Under the pieces are notes generated by a model. It did not search any database. It saw only the letters and a list, made by a program, of their open reading frames with translations, and was not told where the DNA came from. Below, one piece after another: positions 8,760 through 17,903 of a stretch of 32,000 bases of DNA (positions are counted from its first letter, which is position 1; every line of letters starts with the position of its first letter). The DNA comes from an uncultured Erysipelotrichaceae bacterium (GTDB taxonomy: Bacteria > Bacillota_I > Bacilli_A > Erysipelotrichales > Erysipelotrichaceae). The DNA lies in contig CAYWGS010000002.1 in assembly GCA_964457525.1 (NCBI GenBank), positions 1 to 32,000 of the forward strand. The letters are read 5' to 3'. A program made the position numbers and the translations under genes.

Positions 8760-9500
8760 TTACTCTTCTATGATTCCTTCTTCGAAAGAATCCAGTGGTG
8801 CATTTTCATCAAATCCTTCATAGTATTCTTCTTCAAATATAATATCATCTTCACCCTTAATCATATCTAAGACTGTTCCAGATTCTGGTCCAGCCTGGGT
8901 AAACATATTTAAACTTTGAGCTTTAAAATCTAAAACTTCACGCGTTGAATAGGTCGATAATATCAAATCACGATTGATCTTTGTACTCCGTGCAATTCTG
9001 AACATATCGTAAAGAATATCTGGAGAGATCGCGATTGGATGAATTGACATAAATACGAAATTCTCTGTTTGTAAGTTGAGGAGAACCGTCGAATCTGATA
9101 GTTTCATCGCACTTACCAAATACGCTGATAATGCTTTATTCTCATCTTCATAGAATCCAGATGTGGTATAGAATGCATTTTCTACCTTCAATAATTTTCT
9201 AAGTGTTCCATTATTATCTTTGTAATACGATTCATTTAGAATATTTATCACATCTAGAATCATTAATATGGTTTCATTATGACTTTGTAAAGTAACAGAG
9301 TTTAAACTTGAGCTCTTTCTTCCAATGGAAGGTGGAAGATAGTAACTAAAGAGATCTCGATTCATCGTTGAGAACTCACTCATCGATTGATTCAAAGCAT
9401 TCTCAATCGCTTTATCGTATGAGGTATTATCAAAATAAGCATTCACTGAACACCCAGATAACACCATACATATACTCAAAATCACGAATAATTTACGCAT
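8760..9500 (-). CDS. hypothetical lipoprotein with acidic C-terminal tail
   Basis: 246 aa with a signal peptide plus lipobox (MRKLFVILSICMVLSGC). The start directly abuts the M42 peptidase stop. I recognise no family. Confidence 0.6.
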   Translation of the reverse strand: MRKLFVILSICMVLSGCSVNAYFDNTSYDKAIENALNQSMSEFSTMNRDLFSYYLPPSIGRKSSSLNSVTLQSHNETILMILDVINILNESYYKDNNGTLRKLLKVENAFYTTSGFYEDENKALSAYLVSAMKLSDSTVLLNLQTENFVFMSIHPIAISPDILYDMFRIARSTKINRDLILSTYSTREVLDFKAQSLNMFTQAGPESGTVLDMIKGEDDIIFEEEYYEGFDENAPLDSFEEGIIEE

Positions 9501-10586
9501 CTATTGATTGGCCTTCTTTAACACTTCTATTGTATCACTATTTAAAGTTTCTAAAACTTTCAATACGGCTGTTTTGGCATTCAAATAATCATCCGTATCG
9601 ATGATTGTACTATTGGTATGAAGGTTACGTGCACATAAACACATGGTTAACGTCATAATCCCTTCATATTGACGATGTACTGCTCCTGCATCCGTTCCAC
9701 CAAGTGATTGGTAGTATTGATACGGTAATTTATTGGATTCTAAGATATCCACATAATGATTGATAAATCCACGGTGTGGTAAGAAGTTCGCATCAATGAA
9801 ACGAACCAAAGGACCAGCCCCTAATTGACCAAAGGATTCTTTATCGCCACTCGCATCATTCGCAGGTGAACAGTCAAAGATAATCGCCGCATCGGGTTTA
9901 ATCTTATATGCGATGGTTTGAGCACCACGCGTTCCAACTTCTTCTTGTACACTTGCGCCAACTGCTAAATGCACATCCAGATCCACATCCTTAAGTGCTT
10001 CTAATATTTCTAAGCCCATTGCACACCCATAACGATTGTCAAAGGCTTTTCCTAATAGTCTTTTACCGTTGTTTAGTGATTCAAATTGTCCATCTAAAAT
10101 AGCCGCATCCCCTGTTTGAATTCCAGCTTTTAACACTTCTTCTTTAGATGTAAATCCTAAGTCGACTAACATATTCTTGATTTCCATCGGTTTAGCACGA
10201 TCCGCATCCGTTAATAGATGTGGAGGAATACTACCAATCGTACCTTTGAATTTAACCCCTGCACGATTCTTCACAATCACACGTTGTCCAAGCAGTGTTT
10301 GAGACCACCATCCACCAATTGGAGCTAATCCGATGCTACCTTTATCATTGATGGATTTAACCACAAACCCAACTTCATCCATATGCCCCAGTAACATCAC
10401 TGTTTTCGCATTTGGATTCTTAGAACGTTTAATTGCCATTACAGAACCCAAATTATCAAATACGATCTCATTGGTATACTCACTGTATCTAGATTTTAGG
10501 TAATCTCTTACTTCTTTCTCATCACCACTAATAGCCATGAGTTCTGTTAATTCTTTTAAGGTTTGAACACTCTTCTCACTTAACAT
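9501..10586 (-). CDS. M42 family metallopeptidase (glutamyl aminopeptidase / YtoP-like)
   Basis: It shows M42 hallmarks (LLGHMDEVGFVV, FDNRYGC, VQEEVGTRGA). I place the start at MLSEKS (10586) because GGAGGAAACAAGATG supplies a strong SD. The ORF track's 10607 start has none. Confidence 0.85.
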   Translation of the reverse strand: MLSEKSVQTLKELTELMAISGDEKEVRDYLKSRYSEYTNEIVFDNLGSVMAIKRSKNPNAKTVMLLGHMDEVGFVVKSINDKGSIGLAPIGGWWSQTLLGQRVIVKNRAGVKFKGTIGSIPPHLLTDADRAKPMEIKNMLVDLGFTSKEEVLKAGIQTGDAAILDGQFESLNNGKRLLGKAFDNRYGCAMGLEILEALKDVDLDVHLAVGASVQEEVGTRGAQTIAYKIKPDAAIIFDCSPANDASGDKESFGQLGAGPLVRFIDANFLPHRGFINHYVDILESNKLPYQYYQSLGGTDAGAVHRQYEGIMTLTMCLCARNLHTNSTIIDTDDYLNAKTAVLKVLETLNSDTIEVLKKANQ

Positions 10587-11208
10587 CTTGTTTCCTCCAT
10601 ACCGCACGATAGATGACTTGATTTAAGTCCATAAAGTGCTGTTCATATTCTGTAATCGCATCGTCCAAATGCGCATTGCGTCTAAAGTCCACACTAAATT
10701 CAACGAGTTTCAATGGATAATCTTCCCAAACTAACATCGTGTATTCAAATAGATCTTTGTTATCGGTTTTGAACTTAAATTCTGCTTCTTTAGCCGTAAT
10801 CTTTAACATTCTTTCGATAAACAAATTCGACGTTAAACGACGTTTATGATAACGCTTCTTTGGCCATGGATCTGAGAAATTAAGATGAACAGTATCAATC
10901 TCTTCAATCTCAAACCAATTTTCTAGATTCTCCGCATCTCCTACAATCCAGACACCATTAACCGGTGAATCCTTCTTTAAGGCAATTGCAGAGACATTCT
11001 TATCTCTTTCCAATGCAATCCAAAGGGTATCGGGTTGAAGTTCAGCCATTTTGCGCCAATAATCTCCCTTACCACTTCCGATTTCTAATACGATTTTCTT
11101 GTACTTAAATTCTTCTTTCCATTTTCCCTTTAACAAACTCGGATCCTGAACAACTTTTGGATGAGCTAATAGAAAATCCATTGCCCATGGTTTATTCCGC
11201 ATTCTCAT
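10576..11208 (-). CDS. trmB: tRNA (guanine46-N7)-methyltransferase
   Basis: 210 aa. The N-terminus MRMRNKPWA and the motifs EIGSGKG and NFSDPWPKKRHHKRRL-like (NFSDPWPKKRYHKRRL) are typical of TrmB. Confidence 0.9.
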   Translation of the reverse strand: MRMRNKPWAMDFLLAHPKVVQDPSLLKGKWKEEFKYKKIVLEIGSGKGDYWRKMAELQPDTLWIALERDKNVSAIALKKDSPVNGVWIVGDAENLENWFEIEEIDTVHLNFSDPWPKKRYHKRRLTSNLFIERMLKITAKEAEFKFKTDNKDLFEYTMLVWEDYPLKLVEFSVDFRRNAHLDDAITEYEQHFMDLNQVIYRAVWRKQDVK

Positions 11209-11209
11209 A

Positions 11210-12586
11210 TTATTTCGTCAAATCGTAAATCGCTTGTGCGTAAATAGCAGTTGCCAAATAGAATTGTTCTAACTCATATCCTTCATCCGCTTGGTGAACT
11301 TGACCGACCCATTCAGGACGATGACGTGTTGGGAATTCTGCCCCAAATGCCACAAAGTTCTTGAATGAACGTGCATAAGTACCACCACCCATCGTTAATA
11401 ATGGTGTTGTCATATCTTTGGAATAGTCACGATAAATGGTTTCTAAAGTAGAAACTAATGTACTCTTAGGATTTACAAACAAAGGTTCTTTTGCTTGTAT
11501 TAAGGATACTTTTAATTCTGATTTATGTGATTCAAACGTATTACGAATCGTTTCGAAAACAAATTGATCATTTGTTTCATTTGGATAACGAATATCTAAG
11601 ATAATATGTGCATGATTGTGTTCAACTTCCACAACCCCAATATTCATCGTTAAATAACCCATATGAGATCCGAAGACTTTAACCCCTAAAGGCTCAGCTC
11701 TCCAATCACGTAATAACATTGCAGTTTTCGCTGCGAATTCATCTTGATAAGCCGATCCAACAAAGTTCAAACAATGCCATGCCGCATTAATTCCATCATC
11801 CGGTTTTGCCCCATGACTGAATTTTCCATAAATCTTATACGTTACTTCACCGTTTAATTCAGTGATCTCACCCTTTAAATGATGTGTATTTAAATAGAAG
11901 TTAAATAAATCTTTTTGAGCATAACCGAGTAATGTTACAGCTGCTTCACCAATACAAATATTCGGTCTTTCACCTGCTTTTAAACGTACAATCTTTGTTT
12001 GTACATCGCCATCTAAACTTAAATTCATAATCCCTTTTTCACCATAAACAACTGGGAAATCCGCATCCGGTACAAACCCAAAATCAGGAATTTCACCGTG
12101 TTCATTGTAGTACTTCATACAAGACATACCGGTTTCTTCATCACATCCAACGATTAAAAAAACACGTTTCTTTGGTTTAAATCCCATTTCTTTAAGAATC
12201 TTCATCGCATAATATCCCGCAATGGTAGGACCCTTATCATCCTGAGTTCCTCGACCAATCATATAGCCATCTTTGATTTCTCCACCAAATGGATCAAAGG
12301 TCCAACCTGTACCGATTGGAACGATGTCTAAGTGTCCTAGAACACCCATAATTTCATCGCCTTCGCCAAATTCCACAACCCCTGCATATCCTTCTAAATC
12401 ACGTGTTTTAAATCCATCTTTAGTAGCCATTTCTAAAACATAATCTAATGCATTACGTAATTCTTTTCCGAAAGGTGCATTTTCAGCTTTTGTATTTAAA
12501 TCGCGTAAGGAAGGAATACGAATTAATCCTTGTAAATCCTTCACCATTTCTTCTTTTCTTTTTAGTGTTTCTTGATAAAAGTCCAT
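11210..12586 (-). CDS. pepV: M20 family dipeptidase (PepV / Sapep-like)
   Basis: 458 aa with the M20 motifs GHLDIVP and GRGTQDDKGP. Length and architecture match PepV-type dipeptidases. The SD is AAAGAGGT. Confidence 0.8.
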   Translation of the reverse strand: MDFYQETLKRKEEMVKDLQGLIRIPSLRDLNTKAENAPFGKELRNALDYVLEMATKDGFKTRDLEGYAGVVEFGEGDEIMGVLGHLDIVPIGTGWTFDPFGGEIKDGYMIGRGTQDDKGPTIAGYYAMKILKEMGFKPKKRVFLIVGCDEETGMSCMKYYNEHGEIPDFGFVPDADFPVVYGEKGIMNLSLDGDVQTKIVRLKAGERPNICIGEAAVTLLGYAQKDLFNFYLNTHHLKGEITELNGEVTYKIYGKFSHGAKPDDGINAAWHCLNFVGSAYQDEFAAKTAMLLRDWRAEPLGVKVFGSHMGYLTMNIGVVEVEHNHAHIILDIRYPNETNDQFVFETIRNTFESHKSELKVSLIQAKEPLFVNPKSTLVSTLETIYRDYSKDMTTPLLTMGGGTYARSFKNFVAFGAEFPTRHRPEWVGQVHQADEGYELEQFYLATAIYAQAIYDLTK

Positions 12587-12656
12587 ATATTTACCTCTTT
12601 CACATTATTTTATCATATAATCGGATCATCTTTTTCACAGACTAATCATTTGTTTC

Positions 12657-12684
12657 AGAAAAAAGATCCGAATTAATCGGATCT
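12657..12684 (-). terminator. rho-independent terminator of pnp
   Basis: The minus strand reads AGATCCGA-TTAAT-TCGGATCT followed by TTTTTCT. The pnp stop codon (12673-12675) lies in the loop. Confidence 0.7.
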
Positions 12685-14847
12685 CTTCTTGTTATAACTT
12701 GGTTTAGGTCTACGTTCAGCTTGAGGCTTTTCAACATAACCTTCAGGCTTAGGTAATAAATCCTTACGAGAAACGTTAACACGTCCCTTTTCATCCACTT
12801 CAGTAACGATAACTTGAACGACTTCACCCATCTTTAAGACATCGCTTGGTTTTTCAACTCGTTCATATGCAATCTTAGAGACATGAAGTAGTCCATCTGT
12901 ACCAGGGAAGAGTTCAACGAATGCGCCAAATGCTTCTAAACGAACGACTTTCGCATCGTAGATTTCGCCTACTTTAGCACTGCGAACTAAGCTTTCAATC
13001 TTCGCTTTTGCTTTATTGATTGCGGCTTGGTCTTGGTGATAAATCAAGATACGACCATCGTCTTCGATATCAATCTTAACTTGGTCACAGTCCGCGATGA
13101 TTTGATTAATAATCTTACCACCTGCTCCAATGACATCACGAATCTTATCTGGTTGAATTTGTAGTTTCGCAATCTTAGGTGCATATTGACCCACTTCTGG
13201 ACGAACTTCAGAGATTGCCTCTAACATGTTTTCCATGATTTGGATACGACCTAATTTAGCTTGAGCTAATGCTTCTTCTAGAATTGCACGATTTAATCCA
13301 GCAATCTTAATGTCCATTTGTAAAGCTGTGATACCATCTTTCGTACCTGCTACCTTAAAGTCCATATCTCCGAAATGGTCTTCCATCCCTTGAATATCGG
13401 TTAATACAGTATAGTAATCACCATAGGTAACAAGACCCATCGCAATACCTGCAACTGGAGCCTTAATTGGAACACCTGCAGCCATGAGTGCCATAGTACC
13501 AGCACAGATCGATGCTTGTGAAGATGAACCATTGGATTCAAGTGTTTCCGCAACTAAACGAATTGCATATGGGAATTCATTTTCTGAAGGTAATACTTGT
13601 AGTAATGCACGTTCACCTAATGCACCATGACCAATTTCACGACGTCCAGGAGATCCTGTACGACCTGTTTCTCCTACTGAATAAGGAGGGAAGTTATAGT
13701 GGTGCATGAAACGTTTGTATTCTACTTCTGTTAGGTCATCAATAATTTGATTGTCCCCTAAAGCACCTAAGGTACAAACAGATAGAACTTGTGTCTCACC
13801 ACGTGTAAAGAGTGCACTACCATGTACTCTTGGTAATAAATCGATTTGACTATTTAAAGGACGTAATTCACTGATACCACGACCATCTGGACGAATCTTA
13901 TCCACTGAAATTAAACGACGAACTTCAGTCGCAACAATCTCATGACAGATTTCTTTAACTTGTTTTAATGTTTTATTCTTAGTCGCGTCATTCGCATATT
14001 CCATTGCTTCAAAATGCGCAACAGTTTCAGCTTCGATTTCATCAATCGTACCATAACGAACGAGTTTTTCTTTAATACGTACTGCTTCAACTAAACGTGC
14101 TTCCGCAAAATCCTTAACATTCTTAAGTAAAGCTTCATCATGCGCATAAAGCACAACTGTCATTTTTTCTTTACCAACTGCCTTCGCAATTTCCTCTTGG
14201 AACTCACATAATTTCTTAATGAACTCATGTCCAAACATCATTGCTTCAAGCATTGCTTCTTCACTAACTTCTTTAGCACCCGCTTCAACCATATTAATGG
14301 CATCTTTAGTACCAGCTACGGTTAAGTTAATGTCTGATTTTTCTAATTCTTCTTGAGTTGGATTAATAATGTATTCACCATTTACACGGCCAACCATAAC
14401 ACCAGCAATCGGTCCATTGAATGGAATATTGGATACACATAATGCAAGGGAAGCCCCAAACATCGCAGCCATATCCGGTGAACGATCATAATCAACAGAT
14501 AATACGGTATTCACAACTTGAACTTCATTTCGGAAACCTTCTGCGAATAATGGACGTAATGTACGATCAATTAAACGGGACGTTAATGTCGCATGTTCGC
14601 TTGGTCTACCTTCTCTTCTTAAAAAACCACCAGGAATCTTACCAACAGAATACAATTTTTCCTCAAACGATACGGTTAGCGGGAAAAAATCTGTATCCTT
14701 CGCCTGCTTACTTGCAGTCGCAGCGGATAGTACAACCGTGTCTTCATAACGAACAACAACTGATCCACCTGCTTGTTTGGCAATTTCTCCGGTTTCAACT
14801 GTTAGATTTCTTCCACAGAAATCTAGACTAAATACTTGTTTTGCCAT
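12673..14847 (-). CDS. pnp: polyribonucleotide nucleotidyltransferase (PNPase)
   Basis: 724 aa. It has two RNase PH-like domains, then KH ([13 protein letters not shown]) and S1 ([21 protein letters not shown]) domains. It sits immediately downstream of rpsO, as in most bacteria. Confidence 0.97.
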   Translation of the reverse strand: MAKQVFSLDFCGRNLTVETGEIAKQAGGSVVVRYEDTVVLSAATASKQAKDTDFFPLTVSFEEKLYSVGKIPGGFLRREGRPSEHATLTSRLIDRTLRPLFAEGFRNEVQVVNTVLSVDYDRSPDMAAMFGASLALCVSNIPFNGPIAGVMVGRVNGEYIINPTQEELEKSDINLTVAGTKDAINMVEAGAKEVSEEAMLEAMMFGHEFIKKLCEFQEEIAKAVGKEKMTVVLYAHDEALLKNVKDFAEARLVEAVRIKEKLVRYGTIDEIEAETVAHFEAMEYANDATKNKTLKQVKEICHEIVATEVRRLISVDKIRPDGRGISELRPLNSQIDLLPRVHGSALFTRGETQVLSVCTLGALGDNQIIDDLTEVEYKRFMHHYNFPPYSVGETGRTGSPGRREIGHGALGERALLQVLPSENEFPYAIRLVAETLESNGSSSQASICAGTMALMAAGVPIKAPVAGIAMGLVTYGDYYTVLTDIQGMEDHFGDMDFKVAGTKDGITALQMDIKIAGLNRAILEEALAQAKLGRIQIMENMLEAISEVRPEVGQYAPKIAKLQIQPDKIRDVIGAGGKIINQIIADCDQVKIDIEDDGRILIYHQDQAAINKAKAKIESLVRSAKVGEIYDAKVVRLEAFGAFVELFPGTDGLLHVSKIAYERVEKPSDVLKMGEVVQVIVTEVDEKGRVNVSRKDLLPKPEGYVEKPQAERRPKPSYNKKRSD

Positions 14848-14904
14848 TTCTTTACCTCTTTTTTGACGTGAATATCATATCATAGTCAGAAGATAAACTA
14901 AACA

Positions 14905-14929
14905 ATAAAAAAACAAGCCGAAGCTTGTT
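14905..14929 (-). terminator. rpsO terminator / pnp leader hairpin
   Basis: The minus strand reads AACAAGC-TTCG-GCTTGTT followed by TTTTTATTG. The rpsO stop codon (14928-14930) overlaps the stem. Confidence 0.75.
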
Positions 14930-15194
14930 ATTTTCTTAAACCTAAACGTTGAACGAGTTCACGGTAACGATTCAAATCTTCTTTACGAAGATAGTTCATC
15001 AAATTACGACGTGTACCAACCATCTTCATCAATCCGCGAGTTGAGTGATAATCTTTCTTGTGTTCTTTCAAGTGAACAGTCAAACGATTAATTTGAGCTG
15101 TTAATACTGCAACTTGAACTTCAACAGAACCAGTGTCTCCTTCAAAACGAGCGTATTCTTTGATGATGCTTGTCTTTTCTGCTTTTGTTAACAT
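14928..15194 (-). CDS. rpsO: 30S ribosomal protein S15
   Basis: I place the start at [14 protein letters not shown] (15194), preceded by AAAGGAGGATGAAACAATG. This gives an 88-aa product with the canonical S15 sequence ([15 protein letters not shown]). The ORF track's 112-aa form is an artefactual N-terminal extension. Confidence 0.95.
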   Translation of the reverse strand: MLTKAEKTSIIKEYARFEGDTGSVEVQVAVLTAQINRLTVHLKEHKKDYHSTRGLMKMVGTRRNLMNYLRKEDLNRYRELVQRLGLRK

Positions 15195-15270
15195 TGTTTC
15201 ATCCTCCTTTATTTCAGACCTTCTATACCGCGTAAACCGATGAGGAAATCGATAAACCCAGTACAAAAGC
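15195..15270 (-). promoter_or_regulatory. rpsO 5' leader with hairpin whose loop is complementary to the SD (possible S15 autoregulatory element)
   Basis: The minus-strand hairpin is ATCGAT-TTCCTC-ATCGGT (15236-15253). The loop UUCCUC can pair with the GAGGA of the rpsO SD about 30 nt downstream. Function is inferred only by analogy with S15 leaders. Confidence 0.35.
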
Positions 15271-15276
15271 GTTGTT

Positions 15277-15305
15277 AATATATCATAGATTCATAAAATA
15301 TGCAA
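15277..15305 (-). promoter_or_regulatory. candidate rpsO promoter
   Basis: On the minus strand: TTGCAT (15300-15305), a 17-nt spacer, then TGATATATT (extended -10, 15277-15285). Confidence 0.45.
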
Positions 15306-15307
15306 AT

Positions 15308-15336
15308 AAAAAGGGTTAAATAAACCCTTTTGTTTT
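15308..15336 (-). terminator. hairpin terminator downstream of the DUF4332-like gene
   Basis: AAAAGGGTT-(5 nt)-AACCCTTTT is a 9-bp stem. It is flanked by A/T runs on both sides, so it looks bidirectional. The minus-strand U-tail is interrupted (TATTT). Confidence 0.55.
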
Positions 15337-15363
15337 GGATGAATGAAAAACCAACTGAAACAT

Positions 15364-15768
15364 CTAGTAATTCAATACGCGTGGCAATTTACCCGCTTGA
15401 TCAACCCAATCTTCAACTTGTTTAAGTGTTGGCATTTTACGTACCAATTTCTTTTCTTCATTCACTTCAACCATTCTTTTATGAAGATTTTCAGGTTTGC
15501 GTTGTGCGAGTTCTGGAACTGTATCAACACCAGCCGCTTCAAGTAAATCTGCATATTCGCTTCCTACACCACTAATACGATCTAAATCAGCACGATTAGC
15601 CCATTTCAAGATTAACTTTTCTGAAATTCCTGTCTTTTCAGCTAAGGCATCTCTTCCCTTTTTAGTTGCACATGCGTCTAGTAAGCCTTCGATACTCTTA
15701 ATTCCAACTTCATTCAATTTTAATTCGTACGCTTCACCAATTCCCTCAATCAAACTCAATTTAGCCAT
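15364..15768 (-). CDS. DUF4332-like protein with two helix-hairpin-helix-like motifs
   Basis: 134 aa with two GIG/GVG HhH-like units (LIEGIGEAYELKLNEVGIKSIEGLL and ISGVGSEYADLLEAAGVDTVPELA). It resembles DUF4332 family members from memory. The SD is AGGGAGG. Confidence 0.65.
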   Translation of the reverse strand: MAKLSLIEGIGEAYELKLNEVGIKSIEGLLDACATKKGRDALAEKTGISEKLILKWANRADLDRISGVGSEYADLLEAAGVDTVPELAQRKPENLHKRMVEVNEEKKLVRKMPTLKQVEDWVDQAGKLPRVLNY

Positions 15769-15814
15769 TGAATAGCCTCCCTTTTTGATATTGGTTCATC
15801 CATCCGTTATAAAA

Positions 15815-16381
15815 CTATTTCTTTAGGAAACCTCCTAATAGTTTACCTACATCATCCATCATATCGCCATCTCCATCACTATCCAATAAACCACTTAACA
15901 TTCCCATCACATCATTCCCTTGAGTCGCACCACCTAAAAGTGATCCTAAACTGGATAAATCAAATCCACCCTGTTTCTTACTCTTACCAAGTTGTCCTAA
16001 GAGTAATGGTGCTAACATTGTCAATAGTCCTGATACTTGAGAAATATCCAACCCTGTTTGTTTTGCTAGTCCGGATTCAACTGCACCTGATTTATTAGAT
16101 AATAAATGACCTAAAATCTTAGCCCCATCTTGTGTATCAACTTTCTTTAAGAAACCACTAATATCATCCACATCATCATCTGCGTGTTGATCAAGTGCTT
16201 TTAGTAAAGAAGAAGCACCCTGTTCAGTCTTTGCGTTCTTATTCATTGCTTGTAGTAAAGTTGGTAATGCAAGACTTGCAAGTTGCTTAACTTGATCTGG
16301 TTTTGCATTTACTGACTTACTTAGGGTATCCACAACCCCTTTTTGACTTAATTGTGAGTTTAACAACTCTAGTATATCCAT
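15815..16381 (-). CDS. DUF937-like (YidB-like) protein
   Basis: I place the start at MDILELLNSQL (16381) with an AAAGGTG SD-like element upstream. It is Gly/Leu/Asp-rich with a C-terminal LLDSDGDGDMMDDVGKLLGGFLKK segment, characteristic of DUF937 as I recall it. Confidence 0.65.
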   Translation of the reverse strand: MDILELLNSQLSQKGVVDTLSKSVNAKPDQVKQLASLALPTLLQAMNKNAKTEQGASSLLKALDQHADDDVDDISGFLKKVDTQDGAKILGHLLSNKSGAVESGLAKQTGLDISQVSGLLTMLAPLLLGQLGKSKKQGGFDLSSLGSLLGGATQGNDVMGMLSGLLDSDGDGDMMDDVGKLLGGFLKK

Positions 16382-16461
16382 ATCATTCACCTTTTCTATC
16401 ACAAAAAACACTTTTGAGCGCTAAATGTGACATATTATCCCTGATCTGGGTCCTTAATTTA

Positions 16462-16491
16462 ATACTAGCACAATTCATTTAGTTGTGTTAA
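16462..16491 (-). promoter_or_regulatory. candidate promoter of the DUF937/DUF4332 pair
   Basis: On the minus strand: TTAACA (16486-16491), an 18-nt spacer, then TGCTAGTAT (extended -10, 16462-16470). This leaves an approximately 80-nt leader. Confidence 0.4.
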
Positions 16492-16510
16492 TGCTTACAC
16501 TTTATTTTCA

Positions 16511-16545
16511 TTCAAAAAATAAAAAAAGCTATTTAATAATAGCTT
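16511..16545 (-). terminator. rho-independent terminator of hemW
   Basis: The minus strand reads AAGCTATT-ATTA-AATAGCTT followed by TTTTTATTTTTTG. The hemW stop codon (16544-16546) lies in the stem. Confidence 0.65.
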
Positions 16546-17641
16546 AGTTCATAAATTCCACAAGGATCTCATGTAACAATCCATATCCATCATCAGTACA
16601 TCTTAGATAACCATCTTTGATTTCTAACCAATGATGTTGTAAACCTTTATCGATAGCGGTTCTAAATACGGTTTCGATATCTTGATTAAATCGTTCTTTG
16701 AAACGATTGAGTTCTATCCCTTTTCTAACTCTTAAGCCCATCATAACAAACTCAAACATCTCATCATCAACGCTTAAATCAATGATATTTCCATGGAATT
16801 TAAATTGACTGTAATAGAGTAGATTCTTGGTATTCTCAATTCGTTTATGTTGATAAAGAGAAACAGCGCCAGGTCCTAATCCAATATAATCATCGTAGTT
16901 CCAGTAGTGTAAATTATGCATAGATGGTTTCGATTTCGTAAAGTTACTGATTTCATAACGATAAAATCCATACTTCTTTAAAAAATCAATCGCAGTGAAA
17001 TACATTTGTTCTTCGACTTCAGATTCGATCGGTTTAATTTTCATTCGACCAAATTCCGCATTCTCTTCAATTGTAAGAGCATAAAGTGAAATATGATCAA
17101 TATCTAAACTTAGTGCTTGGTTTAAATTGTATTCCCATTTATCAAGGGTTTGTTTAGGAAGTGCATAGATTAAATCAATCGAAATATTGTTTATTCCCGC
17201 ATCTCTTAAGATTTTAATTCCATCTCGAATCATTTGAATCGTATGCGCACGATGCATAAACACGAGTTCATCTTGATTGAAACTTTGTACCCCAAAACTC
17301 ACACGATTAATCCCATACTTGACCATGAGTTGAGCTTTTTCAACCGTTAGACTTTCAGGATTAACTTCCATCGTATATTCTTTGACTTGATGAGAATAAT
17401 CCTTAAGAATCTCGAAGAGAGTTGTTAGTTGATCACTGTTAAGTGCTGAAGGTGTGCCTCCACCGAGATAGATGGTCTCAAAATCAATATCGGGATATAA
17501 CTTAACTTCTTGAGCTAAGGCATATAAATAATCTTCTATGAGTTTTGGATGAGTCACAACACGTGTGAAATCACAATAAGCACAGATAACATCGCAAAAA
17601 GGCACATGAACATACAGTGCCTTGGGTTTATTTGTCTTCAT
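16544..17641 (-). CDS. hemW: radical SAM heme chaperone HemW (HemN-like, coproporphyrinogen III oxidase family)
   Basis: 365 aa with the radical SAM motif CDVICAYCDF near the N-terminus and the HemN_C-like region HNLHYWNYDDYIGLGPGA. It lies downstream of lepA, as in many Bacillota. Confidence 0.9.
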   Translation of the reverse strand: MKTNKPKALYVHVPFCDVICAYCDFTRVVTHPKLIEDYLYALAQEVKLYPDIDFETIYLGGGTPSALNSDQLTTLFEILKDYSHQVKEYTMEVNPESLTVEKAQLMVKYGINRVSFGVQSFNQDELVFMHRAHTIQMIRDGIKILRDAGINNISIDLIYALPKQTLDKWEYNLNQALSLDIDHISLYALTIEENAEFGRMKIKPIESEVEEQMYFTAIDFLKKYGFYRYEISNFTKSKPSMHNLHYWNYDDYIGLGPGAVSLYQHKRIENTKNLLYYSQFKFHGNIIDLSVDDEMFEFVMMGLRVRKGIELNRFKERFNQDIETVFRTAIDKGLQHHWLEIKDGYLRCTDDGYGLLHEILVEFMN

Positions 17642-17903
17642 ATTTTTGGTCCACTTCTATGAGTTTTGTTTGGATTAAGGTTTTAACATCTAAGTCTAAA
17701 TCCATGGTGAGAGTTAACGCAACCATGAGCACATCCGATAATTCACCTTTAACTTGTTCTAGATCAAACTCATCCTCTAGGAAACACTCTAAAAGTTCAG
17801 CGGATTCAACACTTATTGATTTCGCTAATACATTGGGAGTATCTGTTTTATCCCAACCTTTTTTAACTCGAAAGGCTTGGATTAAATCAAAAATATCTTC
17901 CAT
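17628..17903 (-). CDS. small MazG-like nucleotide pyrophosphohydrolase family protein
   Basis: 91 aa. The paired acidic helices ESAELLECFLEDE and ELSDVLMVALTLTMDLD match the MazG EXXE...D metal-binding pattern. The start overlaps the lepA stop (TAATG). The 3' end overlaps the hemW start by 14 nt. Confidence 0.7.
   Translation of the reverse strand: MEDIFDLIQAFRVKKGWDKTDTPNVLAKSISVESAELLECFLEDEFDLEQVKGELSDVLMVALTLTMDLDLDVKTLIQTKLIEVDQKYEDK

Noticed and set aside
13898-13906. DnaA-box-like TTATCCACT inside pnp, with another TTATCCACT near 22816-22824
   Set aside because: These are isolated single near-matches inside coding sequence. There is no cluster, no AT-rich unwinding element and no dnaA/dnaN context, so this is not an origin.
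14421-14831. 136-aa plus-strand ORF antisense to pnp, the largest of many antisense ORFs
   Set aside because: It lies opposite the strongly supported PNPase gene. It has no SD or promoter and a Gln/His/Leu-rich shadow-frame composition. The same reasoning applies to the plus-strand track ORFs at 6089-6334, 6485-6790, 8358-8579, 8596-8823, 9368-9604, 12448-12645, 13512-13709, 15343-15546, 15497-15775, 17617-17931, 18478-18684, 19694-19927, 20885-21157, 26173-26517, 26839-27081, 27958-28143, 28279-28494 and 31128-31349.
16411-16429. AGCGCT-centred palindrome in the DUF937 leader as a possible CcpA cre site
   Set aside because: Aligned on the central CG, it matches only about 6 of the 10 specified positions of the cre consensus TGWAANCGNTNWCA. 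I think it is better explained as the loop of a leader hairpin.
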